A model generated the notes under the pieces. That model was not told the DNA's origin. It made no database searches and saw only the letters and a program-made list of their open reading frames with translations. Of a stretch of 64,000 nucleotides of DNA, positions 35,264 to 44,067 are shown in pieces. Source of the stretch: a virus; the IMG/VR virus record IMGVR_UViG_3300031416_000001, one strand, 5' to 3'. The position numbers and the translations under genes were made by a program. Numbering within the stretch: position 1 is the stretch's first letter; every line of letters starts with the position of its first letter.

Positions 35264-36601
35264 GTGGAAATCTCAAAACCGCTACAAAACTTAATCAAGC
35301 AGGCACAGACGGTTTCTACCGCAGGTACAACGCGGTACTTCCGTTTAAGCGCCACGCTGATTACGCCTACGCAACACATCCCGGTGTACTTGATCAGTCA
35401 CTATGACCGTAACTCTCTGTTTGCTTCATCACGTGCAGACGATTACCGTATAACGTGTCAGATTCAGCCGGGGCTTTATCTCAAGCAGGTACTGCCTTTC
35501 TCTGATAACCTGAAAATAGAAATCATTGAACGGCAGGGGATAAAGCAAGTTGCTAAAACGTTTCGTTGTATCCCCCTCACCAACAACGATCCCGAGATGT
35601 CGGGTAACAACACCAAAGTCAGTAACCTGGAAAACTTTGACAACCTGAATATCATTACGGTGAACCTTCAGCTGTTTGAGTTAGGCTTTGCAATCTTGCG
35701 CAACAGCTTCGTGAGTGATTCGGTGTTCTTCCTGGCACGCACGGATGATGCCTTAAAGCATGCGTTGATCACGGATGGGGAACAAGTGGGGTTAGCAGGC
35801 GCGGATGCCTGGCGCGGTATTGACATGCCTCTGGTGGGTGATAATCCCAAGGTGTACAAACACATCGAGATTCCAGACGGGACGCGTTTAATGGATCTCC
35901 CGACCTACTTGCAGACAGATGACAAATACGGCATCTACTCTACAGGTATTGCGGCGTTCTACCGCAAAGGGATGTTCTACGTGTTCCCGCCTTTCTTGAT
36001 GGGGCGTTACAAGACGGCCAGGCAAGTTCTGGATATCTTCCGCTTCCCTGAGGATGCAACACCAACGTTGGAAACCACTTGGTATACCAACAACAAGACG
36101 GTTACCGTATTGTCTACAGGTCACTCCAAGCACCAGAGTACCGTGGACATTAACCGGCAGAACAAAGGGGTAGGTAAACGTATTATCAACCCTGATGCAC
36201 TCTCTGGTAAGGCCGGTAACTTCTACGCCAAGGGCAAGGCAATCACAACGCGCTCTGACTCTCTCAGTGAATACCAGACGGCCGAACGTGGTTCAGGTGA
36301 ACAGATCTCTGTCTATGACCGTAACCCCGCAGAGAACATCTACAAGGGGCTCTCTGAAACGTCGTACAATGATGGTGAACTCATCAGTATTCCGTGGGAC
36401 CAGTGTAACAGTGATTTGATCTATCCTGGCATGCCGTGCAAGTATTACTTCACACAAGCTAACGATGTGTTAGTAGAAGTGGAGGGCGTAGTGTTAGGCG
36501 TACTGACGCAAGCTGTTCAGAACGATTCCCAACCTGACTCTGTATTCCGTGAACGCTGTACCATACTGGTGTTCTTGGTTTATGAAGGACTGGATACATA
36601 A
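35264..36601 (+). CDS. hypothetical virion-type protein, 445 aa (GTG start)
   Basis: GTG directly follows TAA 35261-35263, with a GGGGG RBS upstream. Confidence 0.75.
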   Translation: MEISKPLQNLIKQAQTVSTAGTTRYFRLSATLITPTQHIPVYLISHYDRNSLFASSRADDYRITCQIQPGLYLKQVLPFSDNLKIEIIERQGIKQVAKTFRCIPLTNNDPEMSGNNTKVSNLENFDNLNIITVNLQLFELGFAILRNSFVSDSVFFLARTDDALKHALITDGEQVGLAGADAWRGIDMPLVGDNPKVYKHIEIPDGTRLMDLPTYLQTDDKYGIYSTGIAAFYRKGMFYVFPPFLMGRYKTARQVLDIFRFPEDATPTLETTWYTNNKTVTVLSTGHSKHQSTVDINRQNKGVGKRIINPDALSGKAGNFYAKGKAITTRSDSLSEYQTAERGSGEQISVYDRNPAENIYKGLSETSYNDGELISIPWDQCNSDLIYPGMPCKYYFTQANDVLVEVEGVVLGVLTQAVQNDSQPDSVFRERCTILVFLVYEGLDT

Positions 36602-36605
36602 CTCA

Positions 36606-36635
36606 CTACTCTACTCCCACCAGGGAGTAGAGTAG
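36606..36635. terminator. bidirectional hairpin terminator (shared-stem family)
   Basis: 13-bp stem CTACTCTACTCCC-ACCA-GGGAGTAGAGTAG between convergent genes. Identical stem to 55052-55081. Confidence 0.8.
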
Positions 36636-36651
36636 CTTATGCTTATTTGGC

Positions 36652-38205
36652 TTATGCCGCTATGTCGAAGTCATCTTCTCCCGGTACTGAATCACCAAAG
36701 TCATTAAGACGATGAGTAATCTTCTTACGACACATCGGTTTGCCTTCGATATCATGAACCAGACCAAGTACAGGATCCAGATCGTAAATACCGAATGAGA
36801 ACGCAGGGTCACCCGCATCACCACGAATCTTACCGATTGCGTAAGTGAAGTAGTTACCTGTTGAGGTCTTGGCAACGTGAATGGTAATTTCCGCATCCAC
36901 TTCGTTCGTTAACTTAGTGGAGGTTTCTGTCATCGACTTACCTGCTACCATCTGAGCAAAGTAAATCTCACTGTCATCATCCGATTCCCTCAGCAATCGT
37001 TTTGCGTCCGGGTTAAGCTGATGTGGTGTATTGAAACAAATACCACGAGCAGAAGTAAACGCGCGCGCCTTACGCAGCAAGATTTGTAGTCGGTCAGATT
37101 TGCTGTCACCCACGATACCGTCGAGTTCCATCATCGCCAAGTAGTCGTAGACATACATGATGATTTCGTGACCGCGCATTTCAAGCTTGCGAATACGTGC
37201 ACAGAAGTTAGCGTAGTTATCTTTGTTCGGCTCAATCTGGTTAAAGATGAAGTACCAGCCGTTTTCGATAAACGCTTCGGTGATAGTTTTGTAGATCTCT
37301 TCTGATGTGACTTCTTCAAACGGTCGCAGCTTACCAGTCTTCGCCACACAGATGAGTTTGTACATGCGGTTAAGAATAAGTTCGATACCGTCTTCTGCTG
37401 AATCCAAGACGATGGTCGGAATCTTACTCTTGTTACGCAGCATCGGTGTTGCTTTATTATACAGGCCAGTGGATGCAATCGCGTGACCCATCATGAGAGA
37501 CTTACCACGGTTTGTCAGGGCGTTCCACAAATAAGTCTTGCCGCGACGTAAACCTTGGTCAGGACCCAAGCCTCTGTTAATTCCCTGGATACCTAACTTG
37601 ATGATACCATCACCGTTCTGCTCACGCTGAGCACGCTCAATGATTTCAATGAAGGGGTCTTTGTCATCAGAGGAAACTGAATCAACCACTTCACTTTGTT
37701 TCTCTTCGTTATACGCCTGGTTGATCTTGCCCTGAATGACGTCCATGAATTCCACCCAGTCGTTCTTTTGGAACTGGCGGAGTTCTTTAAAGTGGAAGTC
37801 CTTGATTTTCTTTTTCAGCGCATCATTGATTTTGGAAGTTTCTTGTTCTTTCTTTATTTCGTCGATGTGCTTGTAGATGATCTGACGCGTACGCTCAGTT
37901 GTTGGATAATCCTCTAACCCAACTTCCATCAGATCTTTCAGCTCAGGCGCTTCTTTAACAAACGAATATACCCGCTGCATAAGCATTGATTTTATGATCG
38001 CTTCATCGTCCGGTTGTTCTAAGATCCAGTCGATGGTCGAGCGAATTGCGCTGTCGATCTTGCGATCTTGGACAAACACATCCGTGTTGGGGGTTTTTAA
38101 CGTTCCGAGAACATCGGTCAACTCATTTAACAATCCGCGGTCTTTTAACTTCTTTGCATGATAAAAGCAAGTGAGGACTTTTACCAACATTAACAGATGA
38201 CCCAT
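36652..38205 (-). CDS. DnaB-family replicative helicase, 517 aa
   Basis: GLRRGKTYLWNALTNRGKSLMMGH (Walker A), IIMYVYDYLAMM (Walker B, DYLQLM-like) and FNTPHQLNPDAKR (SQLNR-like motif). Confidence 0.8.
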   Translation of the reverse strand: MGHLLMLVKVLTCFYHAKKLKDRGLLNELTDVLGTLKTPNTDVFVQDRKIDSAIRSTIDWILEQPDDEAIIKSMLMQRVYSFVKEAPELKDLMEVGLEDYPTTERTRQIIYKHIDEIKKEQETSKINDALKKKIKDFHFKELRQFQKNDWVEFMDVIQGKINQAYNEEKQSEVVDSVSSDDKDPFIEIIERAQREQNGDGIIKLGIQGINRGLGPDQGLRRGKTYLWNALTNRGKSLMMGHAIASTGLYNKATPMLRNKSKIPTIVLDSAEDGIELILNRMYKLICVAKTGKLRPFEEVTSEEIYKTITEAFIENGWYFIFNQIEPNKDNYANFCARIRKLEMRGHEIIMYVYDYLAMMELDGIVGDSKSDRLQILLRKARAFTSARGICFNTPHQLNPDAKRLLRESDDDSEIYFAQMVAGKSMTETSTKLTNEVDAEITIHVAKTSTGNYFTYAIGKIRGDAGDPAFSFGIYDLDPVLGLVHDIEGKPMCRKKITHRLNDFGDSVPGEDDFDIAA

Positions 38206-38223
38206 ATTAACTCCGGTGACAAC

Positions 38224-38781
38224 ATGAAATTTATTTTAAAGAACGTGAACGAGAAAACCGACTTCTGGGTCCTTACCTCGGACATGGTCAGTCTTATCGA
38301 AAAAAATGGTATAAAATATTCCGAGCTTTCCGAGCTGGGGAAAAAGTTGAATAAATTAACATTTGATGAGGTGGGTAGTTTCTTTTTACTCCAGGAGCTT
38401 GTCTTAAAACGTCTGGGTAAACCGGAAGTTGACTATCCTATTGAGACGTCAAATGCAACACAGACCGCGCTCTTGAAAGAGGTTATCACTACACGTGATG
38501 ATATCAAGCAGTATTTTATTGAACTATTGCAGCGCCACAACACATACTTCTATCGTCGCGCTGAAGGCGGCCTTGCTCTGATGATCGCTGACAGAGGTTG
38601 TGTGCAATCTGATTACCCTAACTGGACACTGCTTAAAGCAGACCGTTTGGCTATGGCTCTCATGGATACTTTATATGAGAACTTTGGTTATCAGGATCTT
38701 CACTTTAATGCAGTAATCCAGTCTGGTTTGAACGAGTTCACCCTCTCGAACGCATTCTATGCACTGGAACAAGAGCCTTGA
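38224..38781 (+). CDS. hypothetical protein, 185 aa (track ORF trimmed to ATG 38224)
   Basis: ATG 38224 avoids overlapping the helicase start codon on the opposite strand. Confidence 0.7.
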   Translation: MKFILKNVNEKTDFWVLTSDMVSLIEKNGIKYSELSELGKKLNKLTFDEVGSFFLLQELVLKRLGKPEVDYPIETSNATQTALLKEVITTRDDIKQYFIELLQRHNTYFYRRAEGGLALMIADRGCVQSDYPNWTLLKADRLAMALMDTLYENFGYQDLHFNAVIQSGLNEFTLSNAFYALEQEP

Positions 38782-38807
38782 CGTAGACTATAGCTATCAC
38801 TGTTATA

Positions 38808-38814
38808 TTTTATG
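38808..38814 (+). promoter_or_regulatory. TTTTATG motif, candidate late promoter of the capsid gene
   Basis: 66 nt upstream of ATG 38880. Confidence 0.45.
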
Positions 38815-38826
38815 CGCAAGCGAGTT

Positions 38827-38842
38827 AACAAATATATTTGTT
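38827..38842. promoter_or_regulatory. 16-bp perfect AT-rich palindrome AACAAATATATTTGTT in the capsid-gene leader
   Basis: Read directly from the sequence. Lies between the TTTTATG motif and the AAGGA RBS. Confidence 0.5.
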
Positions 38843-38879
38843 TATTTCATGTCTTAACTGAAACAGAAGGATTTATACG

Positions 38880-41141
38880 ATGGCTTTTAAAGACGTCAAA
38901 GCTGGAGTTCGCAACACCGGCAACCTTATTAATCAGGCAATCGCCCTGACCAAAAACACAAGCTTCGCCGCGCTGAGCGGATGCGAGTCTTTCGACGATG
39001 CCAAGACCCAACTCGGTCAGATCTTCAACGGCGAAGGCAACAGCACCTTTCAGAAAGGCATGGTAGCAACTCTGTCCCAGGGCGGCTTCGACGCGGCTAA
39101 AGCAGCGATCGGTCGTACTGACGTTGACAAAATCGCGGCAAGCACCTATACTCAGGACGTGCTGAACGACATCTCTCGTCGTCAGGGTCTTGAATCTTTC
39201 ACCCTGGCACAGTTCCCGGGCCAGAGCATGGAAACCAAAGCGGTTAACATCGTTCTGAACACCCAGACTCGCCTGCAGACCAAAGCTGCTGAAGAGCTGT
39301 ACAAAACCATCTCCGTGCGTTACGAAGATGAAGGTGTGAAACTGACTGTTCGTGCGGCTGGCGTAGGTTCTTACGTTTCCGGTGCTTCTGCATGGGAAAG
39401 CATGACCGAACTGACTCCGATCTTCGGTATCCTGCGTAACGGTGATATCTTCCGTGACGACGTTCTGCGCGTATGGCCGGTTCTGCCTGCTGACGAGAAC
39501 GACGAAAACGCACAGCTGTTCATCGACGCAGACATCAAAGCGCCGGTTGACCAAGCTTACCCTACTGGTGATGCATATGGTCGTCAAGAGCACCTGACTC
39601 AGATGCTGGCTGTCCCAGGCGTTGTTAACAACCTGCTGGGCCTCTGCACCGCTCCTGGTCAGCGTCCATGGACTGATACTGATGATATCGAATCAGCATC
39701 TATCCGTATTCTGGAACTGGGCTTCACCGGTAAACTGAACGGCACTGCCATCCAGGCATTCGTTCCTACCGAGTCAATGACCAACATCAACATGTCTCCG
39801 ACCTCTGTTGGCCAGAACTCGAACGACCGTGATCTCGACATCACTCTGCGTCATCTGCCAGTAACTGCGCTGGTTGGCGGCGACAACAAACCGCTCGACG
39901 TTAAAACCGTCTTCAAAGCGTACTACGACAAAGGCTTCGAGCCGAACCTGTCTGTGCGTATGACTGCGCGTTACAACCGTCAGAGCTACCGCCTGGAGCT
40001 GACCACTGGTACTGTTACCATTGAGTCACTGACCGATCTGAACGACGGTAACAAGCGCGTAACTCACAGCGGCGCAACTGCTGAGCAGAAAGCTCTGCTG
40101 CAGGGTCTGAAAGGTGGTGTGGTTAACGCCGCAACTCCAAGCATGAACCTGACCAACGCCTCAAACGGCAACTTCGGTTACCGTCTGGAAGTGTTTGACA
40201 CCAGCAAAGAACTGACCACTCGTCGTCAGGATCCGATCTCTGTCAAATACCCAGTGCGTCCTGAAGACGTGAACAAAGAAGCACTGGACGATGCTGTTAG
40301 CTACATGGGTGTTACCATCCAGACTAACTGCTCGAAGAAAGCCTTCGAAACCGCGTACAAACATCTGGAATACCTCACCTCTATCGATGGTGCGCCAGTT
40401 GTTGATAACGAAAACGGTGGTAACGATCTGCCAGGTCGCATGTACGTTAAAGCGTCTACTGTGCACCGTTCGTTCCGCATTCAGGATCACATCAGTTCTC
40501 CTGATAACGTTGACGTGTTCACTAACGTGTGTTCACTGCTGCTGACTGAAATCCAGGACATCACTGCTGCTCTGGCGTTCAAATCTGGTATCGCTGCCAT
40601 CAACGAGTACTCTGGTATCGCTAAGACCAAATGGTCTGTGATCGTTCACCAGAACCTCGAGCGTTTCCTGATGCGTTCTGGCGACGCGCGTATCACTGCG
40701 TCCGAAGACTTCAACATCGTTGCGACCAACTTCGACAGCATGATCGGTAAGATCTTGATCGTTCCTCAGAACGACTCAACTGAAGACCGCATCAACCCGC
40801 TGGGTGGTATCGGTGTCAACGTTGCTAAAGAGAACGTTGTACTGCACGGTAACGTGACTCGTGGCAACCAGGACTTCGGTGTCATGATGACCATGCCTTG
40901 CTACCTGCACTGGAACCTGAACGTCATCGTTGGATCTCTGATCATCGAAGACGCGAAAGACTTCCTGGGCGATGCTGGCGTGTTCTTCAAACTGGGCGGC
41001 GTTAAAGTTAGCTCTGCTCCAGGCACTGCTGTCAACACCACTGGCGGCGCGGCTTCTGATCAACCTACCGAAGTGAAGATCGTCAATGACGCTCAATCTC
41101 CGGTGATCACCAAAGACGTCACCCCAGCCTCGGGAAACTGA
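38880..41141 (+). CDS. major capsid protein candidate (phiKZ-type, 753 aa)
   Basis: Extreme preferred-codon bias, the strongest in the window together with 25554. The size matches the ~750-aa capsid proteins of phiKZ-like phages. N-terminal GCESF, GLESF and SME motifs fit the S/A/G-x-E prohead-protease sites. Own promoter motif and terminator. Confidence 0.65.
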   Translation: MAFKDVKAGVRNTGNLINQAIALTKNTSFAALSGCESFDDAKTQLGQIFNGEGNSTFQKGMVATLSQGGFDAAKAAIGRTDVDKIAASTYTQDVLNDISRRQGLESFTLAQFPGQSMETKAVNIVLNTQTRLQTKAAEELYKTISVRYEDEGVKLTVRAAGVGSYVSGASAWESMTELTPIFGILRNGDIFRDDVLRVWPVLPADENDENAQLFIDADIKAPVDQAYPTGDAYGRQEHLTQMLAVPGVVNNLLGLCTAPGQRPWTDTDDIESASIRILELGFTGKLNGTAIQAFVPTESMTNINMSPTSVGQNSNDRDLDITLRHLPVTALVGGDNKPLDVKTVFKAYYDKGFEPNLSVRMTARYNRQSYRLELTTGTVTIESLTDLNDGNKRVTHSGATAEQKALLQGLKGGVVNAATPSMNLTNASNGNFGYRLEVFDTSKELTTRRQDPISVKYPVRPEDVNKEALDDAVSYMGVTIQTNCSKKAFETAYKHLEYLTSIDGAPVVDNENGGNDLPGRMYVKASTVHRSFRIQDHISSPDNVDVFTNVCSLLLTEIQDITAALAFKSGIAAINEYSGIAKTKWSVIVHQNLERFLMRSGDARITASEDFNIVATNFDSMIGKILIVPQNDSTEDRINPLGGIGVNVAKENVVLHGNVTRGNQDFGVMMTMPCYLHWNLNVIVGSLIIEDAKDFLGDAGVFFKLGGVKVSSAPGTAVNTTGGAASDQPTEVKIVNDAQSPVITKDVTPASGN

Positions 41142-41227
41142 TCATCCTCCCGTCAACCTTTTACGGTGAACTTGATCAGTCGGCTTACCTAGGATGATGG
41201 GAGGCCAACCCCAGTTGTAATCTAATA

Positions 41228-41264
41228 AATACTACTCCCGCCCGGAAGGGTTGGGAGTAGTATT
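41228..41264 (+). terminator. long hairpin terminator
   Basis: AATACTACTCCC..GGAA..GGGAGTAGTATT (12-bp outer stem plus inner pairs), followed by a T-rich tract. Confidence 0.75.
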
Positions 41265-41271
41265 ATTTATG
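41265..41271 (+). promoter_or_regulatory. ATTTATG variant of the TTTTATG motif
   Basis: Directly after the terminator and 90 nt upstream of ATG 41361. Confidence 0.3.
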
Positions 41272-41360
41272 TTTGCCATTTATTTTTCAGACCTACATTA
41301 TTAGACAGTATACACTCAAAATGATCGACGGATCAGAGAAACAAATAAAGGGCCCTGAAC

Positions 41361-42368
41361 ATGAGATGTTTTAATTTAGATTACAAGATATTCAATCCTA
41401 AGCGCATTCCTCTGCAGATTCGTCACAAGGGGGGAATTAGTTATGAACTCCACGACAACTGGGACGACTCAGGTGAACGTGTTTACATTGAGTTTCGGTT
41501 TAACAACGTCAACATCAAAAAACTGCGAGTCAATCCTGATGAGGCATTAACAAATTTCGATCGAGCCGTGATGAAGCAGTTGAAGTCACGTATTGACGAT
41601 TTGGTTAAGGCACATCCCCACGATGAGTTAATGCTGCAGAACCAAGACATCTTCTTTATTGTTTATATCACCAATAATGAGATCAGTCGGAAGAATGCGG
41701 TACACAGTGAGATGTTGGGCTTCACTCTTTACCTGGGCAAGTTCGAGCGTGAAGTACATGCGCTCAATACGCCCAGCGAGGCGTTAGATAACATTGTCGA
41801 TACAGCCAATGCCGATAACAGTGTCAACGCATCCATTAAGTTAATTGACCCGGAGAACCGTTATGGGAATCTGTGGACAAACGTTTTTGGTCGTGCGGTA
41901 AAGGTGGATGCAGTGAGGGTACCAGACCAAACGCCAGGTCTGTACTTGTTTTGTGAGGGCGAGGACGTTGACGGGATTCAGGTTTACTATCCCTTTGACG
42001 AGATTGATAATAAAATACTACAGCAATATGGTATATTCATGAGTGAACAAGAGGCACTATTAGGAGGCAACACCGACGAGCTGCTCCGTACTCGCAAGAG
42101 TGTGGACAACCTCAAGAAAGAGAATCGTGACCTTATGACAATGTTGGGAACTCAACGTCTTAGCATTGGTGAGCTGATACAAAAAGTGGCAGCCACTACA
42201 AATGAAGTTGCCAGACTTAAGGCCGAAGTGATCAAGAAGGATCTTGAGCAGAAGTTCTTCGATAAGTTGGAGAAAAAGAAGCAAGGCATGGACACGTTGG
42301 GAGGATACGTTAAGAATGCTTCGATTGTTTGTAGCGCGTTGCTGAGTATTTATAAAACAGTGACATGA
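41361..42368 (+). CDS. hypothetical protein, 335 aa, with a C-terminal coiled coil and hydrophobic tail
   Basis: Track ORF. Codon usage is more AT-rich than in neighbouring genes. Heptad-like region ~aa 245-305, then ASIVCSALLSIY. Confidence 0.75.
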   Translation: MRCFNLDYKIFNPKRIPLQIRHKGGISYELHDNWDDSGERVYIEFRFNNVNIKKLRVNPDEALTNFDRAVMKQLKSRIDDLVKAHPHDELMLQNQDIFFIVYITNNEISRKNAVHSEMLGFTLYLGKFEREVHALNTPSEALDNIVDTANADNSVNASIKLIDPENRYGNLWTNVFGRAVKVDAVRVPDQTPGLYLFCEGEDVDGIQVYYPFDEIDNKILQQYGIFMSEQEALLGGNTDELLRTRKSVDNLKKENRDLMTMLGTQRLSIGELIQKVAATTNEVARLKAEVIKKDLEQKFFDKLEKKKQGMDTLGGYVKNASIVCSALLSIYKTVT

Positions 42369-42384
42369 CACAAATGGAGGGTTG

Positions 42385-44064
42385 ATGCAACCGAAACTGG
42401 TAGAGGCAGTTGATGCCACAATGCCGAAGTTCAACAAGTCAATTGTTGAAGGGTTCCATCTCCGAGAGTTTGAGGGCGGATATCGTTATCTTAACTATAT
42501 CTATCGATTAATCTTTAAAGATGTTGAAAAGAAAGGCGTGATCTTTGAGGGCATCAGTCGCATGAAGCCCAAGGAATATATTGCATTCCTTCGCGGTCGT
42601 CAACCCAAGGTTTATGACACGCACAAAGAGAGCTACTACCCTGTCACCATCAATTTCTCCTGGCGCGATCCCAAGACCGGTGAAACTAAACCGTTCCCGC
42701 CAATCGTAACGATGCTGTTGTACTGCGATCGTTATGGCGATGTGTGGATCCGCGATAGTCAGTATTCGTTACAAATGGTCATGGCTGAACGTGGCCTGAG
42801 CGTAACGAAAGAAAAGTCTATCTTCTTTAAGGTATTGAGCTTCAAGACAAAGATCGGTGCGGAATTCTTCCGTTTTGATAAAGTGCATACGGAGCTGAGC
42901 AATCTGCCCCGTTCGACCATTGACTTGAACTTAGCCGCCAACCGTTTCTATAGCCCGAGTGAATCCCGTGCGATTACCAGTAAGAAAACCCCGTTCCCTC
43001 TGTTGAGCTGGTATATCTTTGGTAACTTCGGTTTCAGTGAGGCCATGCGTCTTTATGGCGAATGCGAATATGAAATTGGGCCGGTTGAAATATTGACTAA
43101 ACGTTGTCTTCCAAAAGATCGCTGGGAGATATTTACGCGTAGTGGCAGTTCCAACAACAAGTACCTGGGTGACTTTATCCCGCTGGAGTTGGGCATTGCG
43201 TTGCGTAATAAAAACGAGAAGCGCAAAGAGTTATCTAGCATGGGCGTTCAGTATGCTGCCGCACTCTTGTTTGTCATTTCGTGCATGCCGTCTTACTTTG
43301 AGATGGATGACATTGACGATAAGAACTATTGGCGTTTACTGATCGGGCGCTGTTCGGTTAAACCGGGTGACCCGAATGATTATGTGCTCCGTCTAATGGA
43401 CGAGCATTTTGATTCCATGAATGATTTGCTCGAAGAAGATTCCATTCGCAAATTTGCCAGCCAGTCTGTGTACGTGAAAGATATGTTTGAACTCTTCAAC
43501 TATATCATCGCGAACCGCAGTGAGATCGTGCAGACTACCGATCGTGGCAGCGCTCTTAATAAAGAATTGGCAAGCATGGAGTTTACCTTTGATGGTTTGA
43601 GCACACTGGCAAACCAGTTCAAGCACTTCATTAAGAACAACTCTGAACTTAGTTATCAGAAGGTCAAGAACTTCCTCACAAACAGTAGCATTAAGCTTCG
43701 TTCAATCGACAATGCGCGTTTGGCAAATATGATCCTGGAACCGACTCCAACGGATAACCCGTTCTCGGAATACATGCTCGGCGTTATGGCGCAGCACAAG
43801 GTATTTACGGGTAAAAGGAAACAAGCTTCAGGTGACTTTGACGTGCACGACACGGCTAACCTCACTAATGCGTCAATGGCCTTTGTCTTCAGTTATCAAC
43901 GTGTAACCAAACCTGATCCAGATGCTAGAGGCTTCTTAGCCCCTTGTGTGTATACCATTAGTGGTAATCTCACTGGCATCCGAGAGGAGCGGCTTCCGTT
44001 GGCTGGGGCCACGGAGACGCGTTTGAAGATAAGGGAGTCACGGACGTACACTCAACAGGATTAA
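42385..44064 (+). CDS. RNA polymerase beta-like subunit, N-terminal half, ~559 aa
   Basis: [24 protein letters not shown] resembles E. coli RpoB [43 protein letters not shown] resembles [37 protein letters not shown] (nt 43306-) resembles [47 protein letters not shown] resembles NNPLSEITHKRRIS..AGFEVRDVH..RVCPIETPEGPNIGL. No beta C-half motifs are present. Confidence 0.65.
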   Translation: [559 protein letters not shown]

Positions 44065-44067
44065 AGA

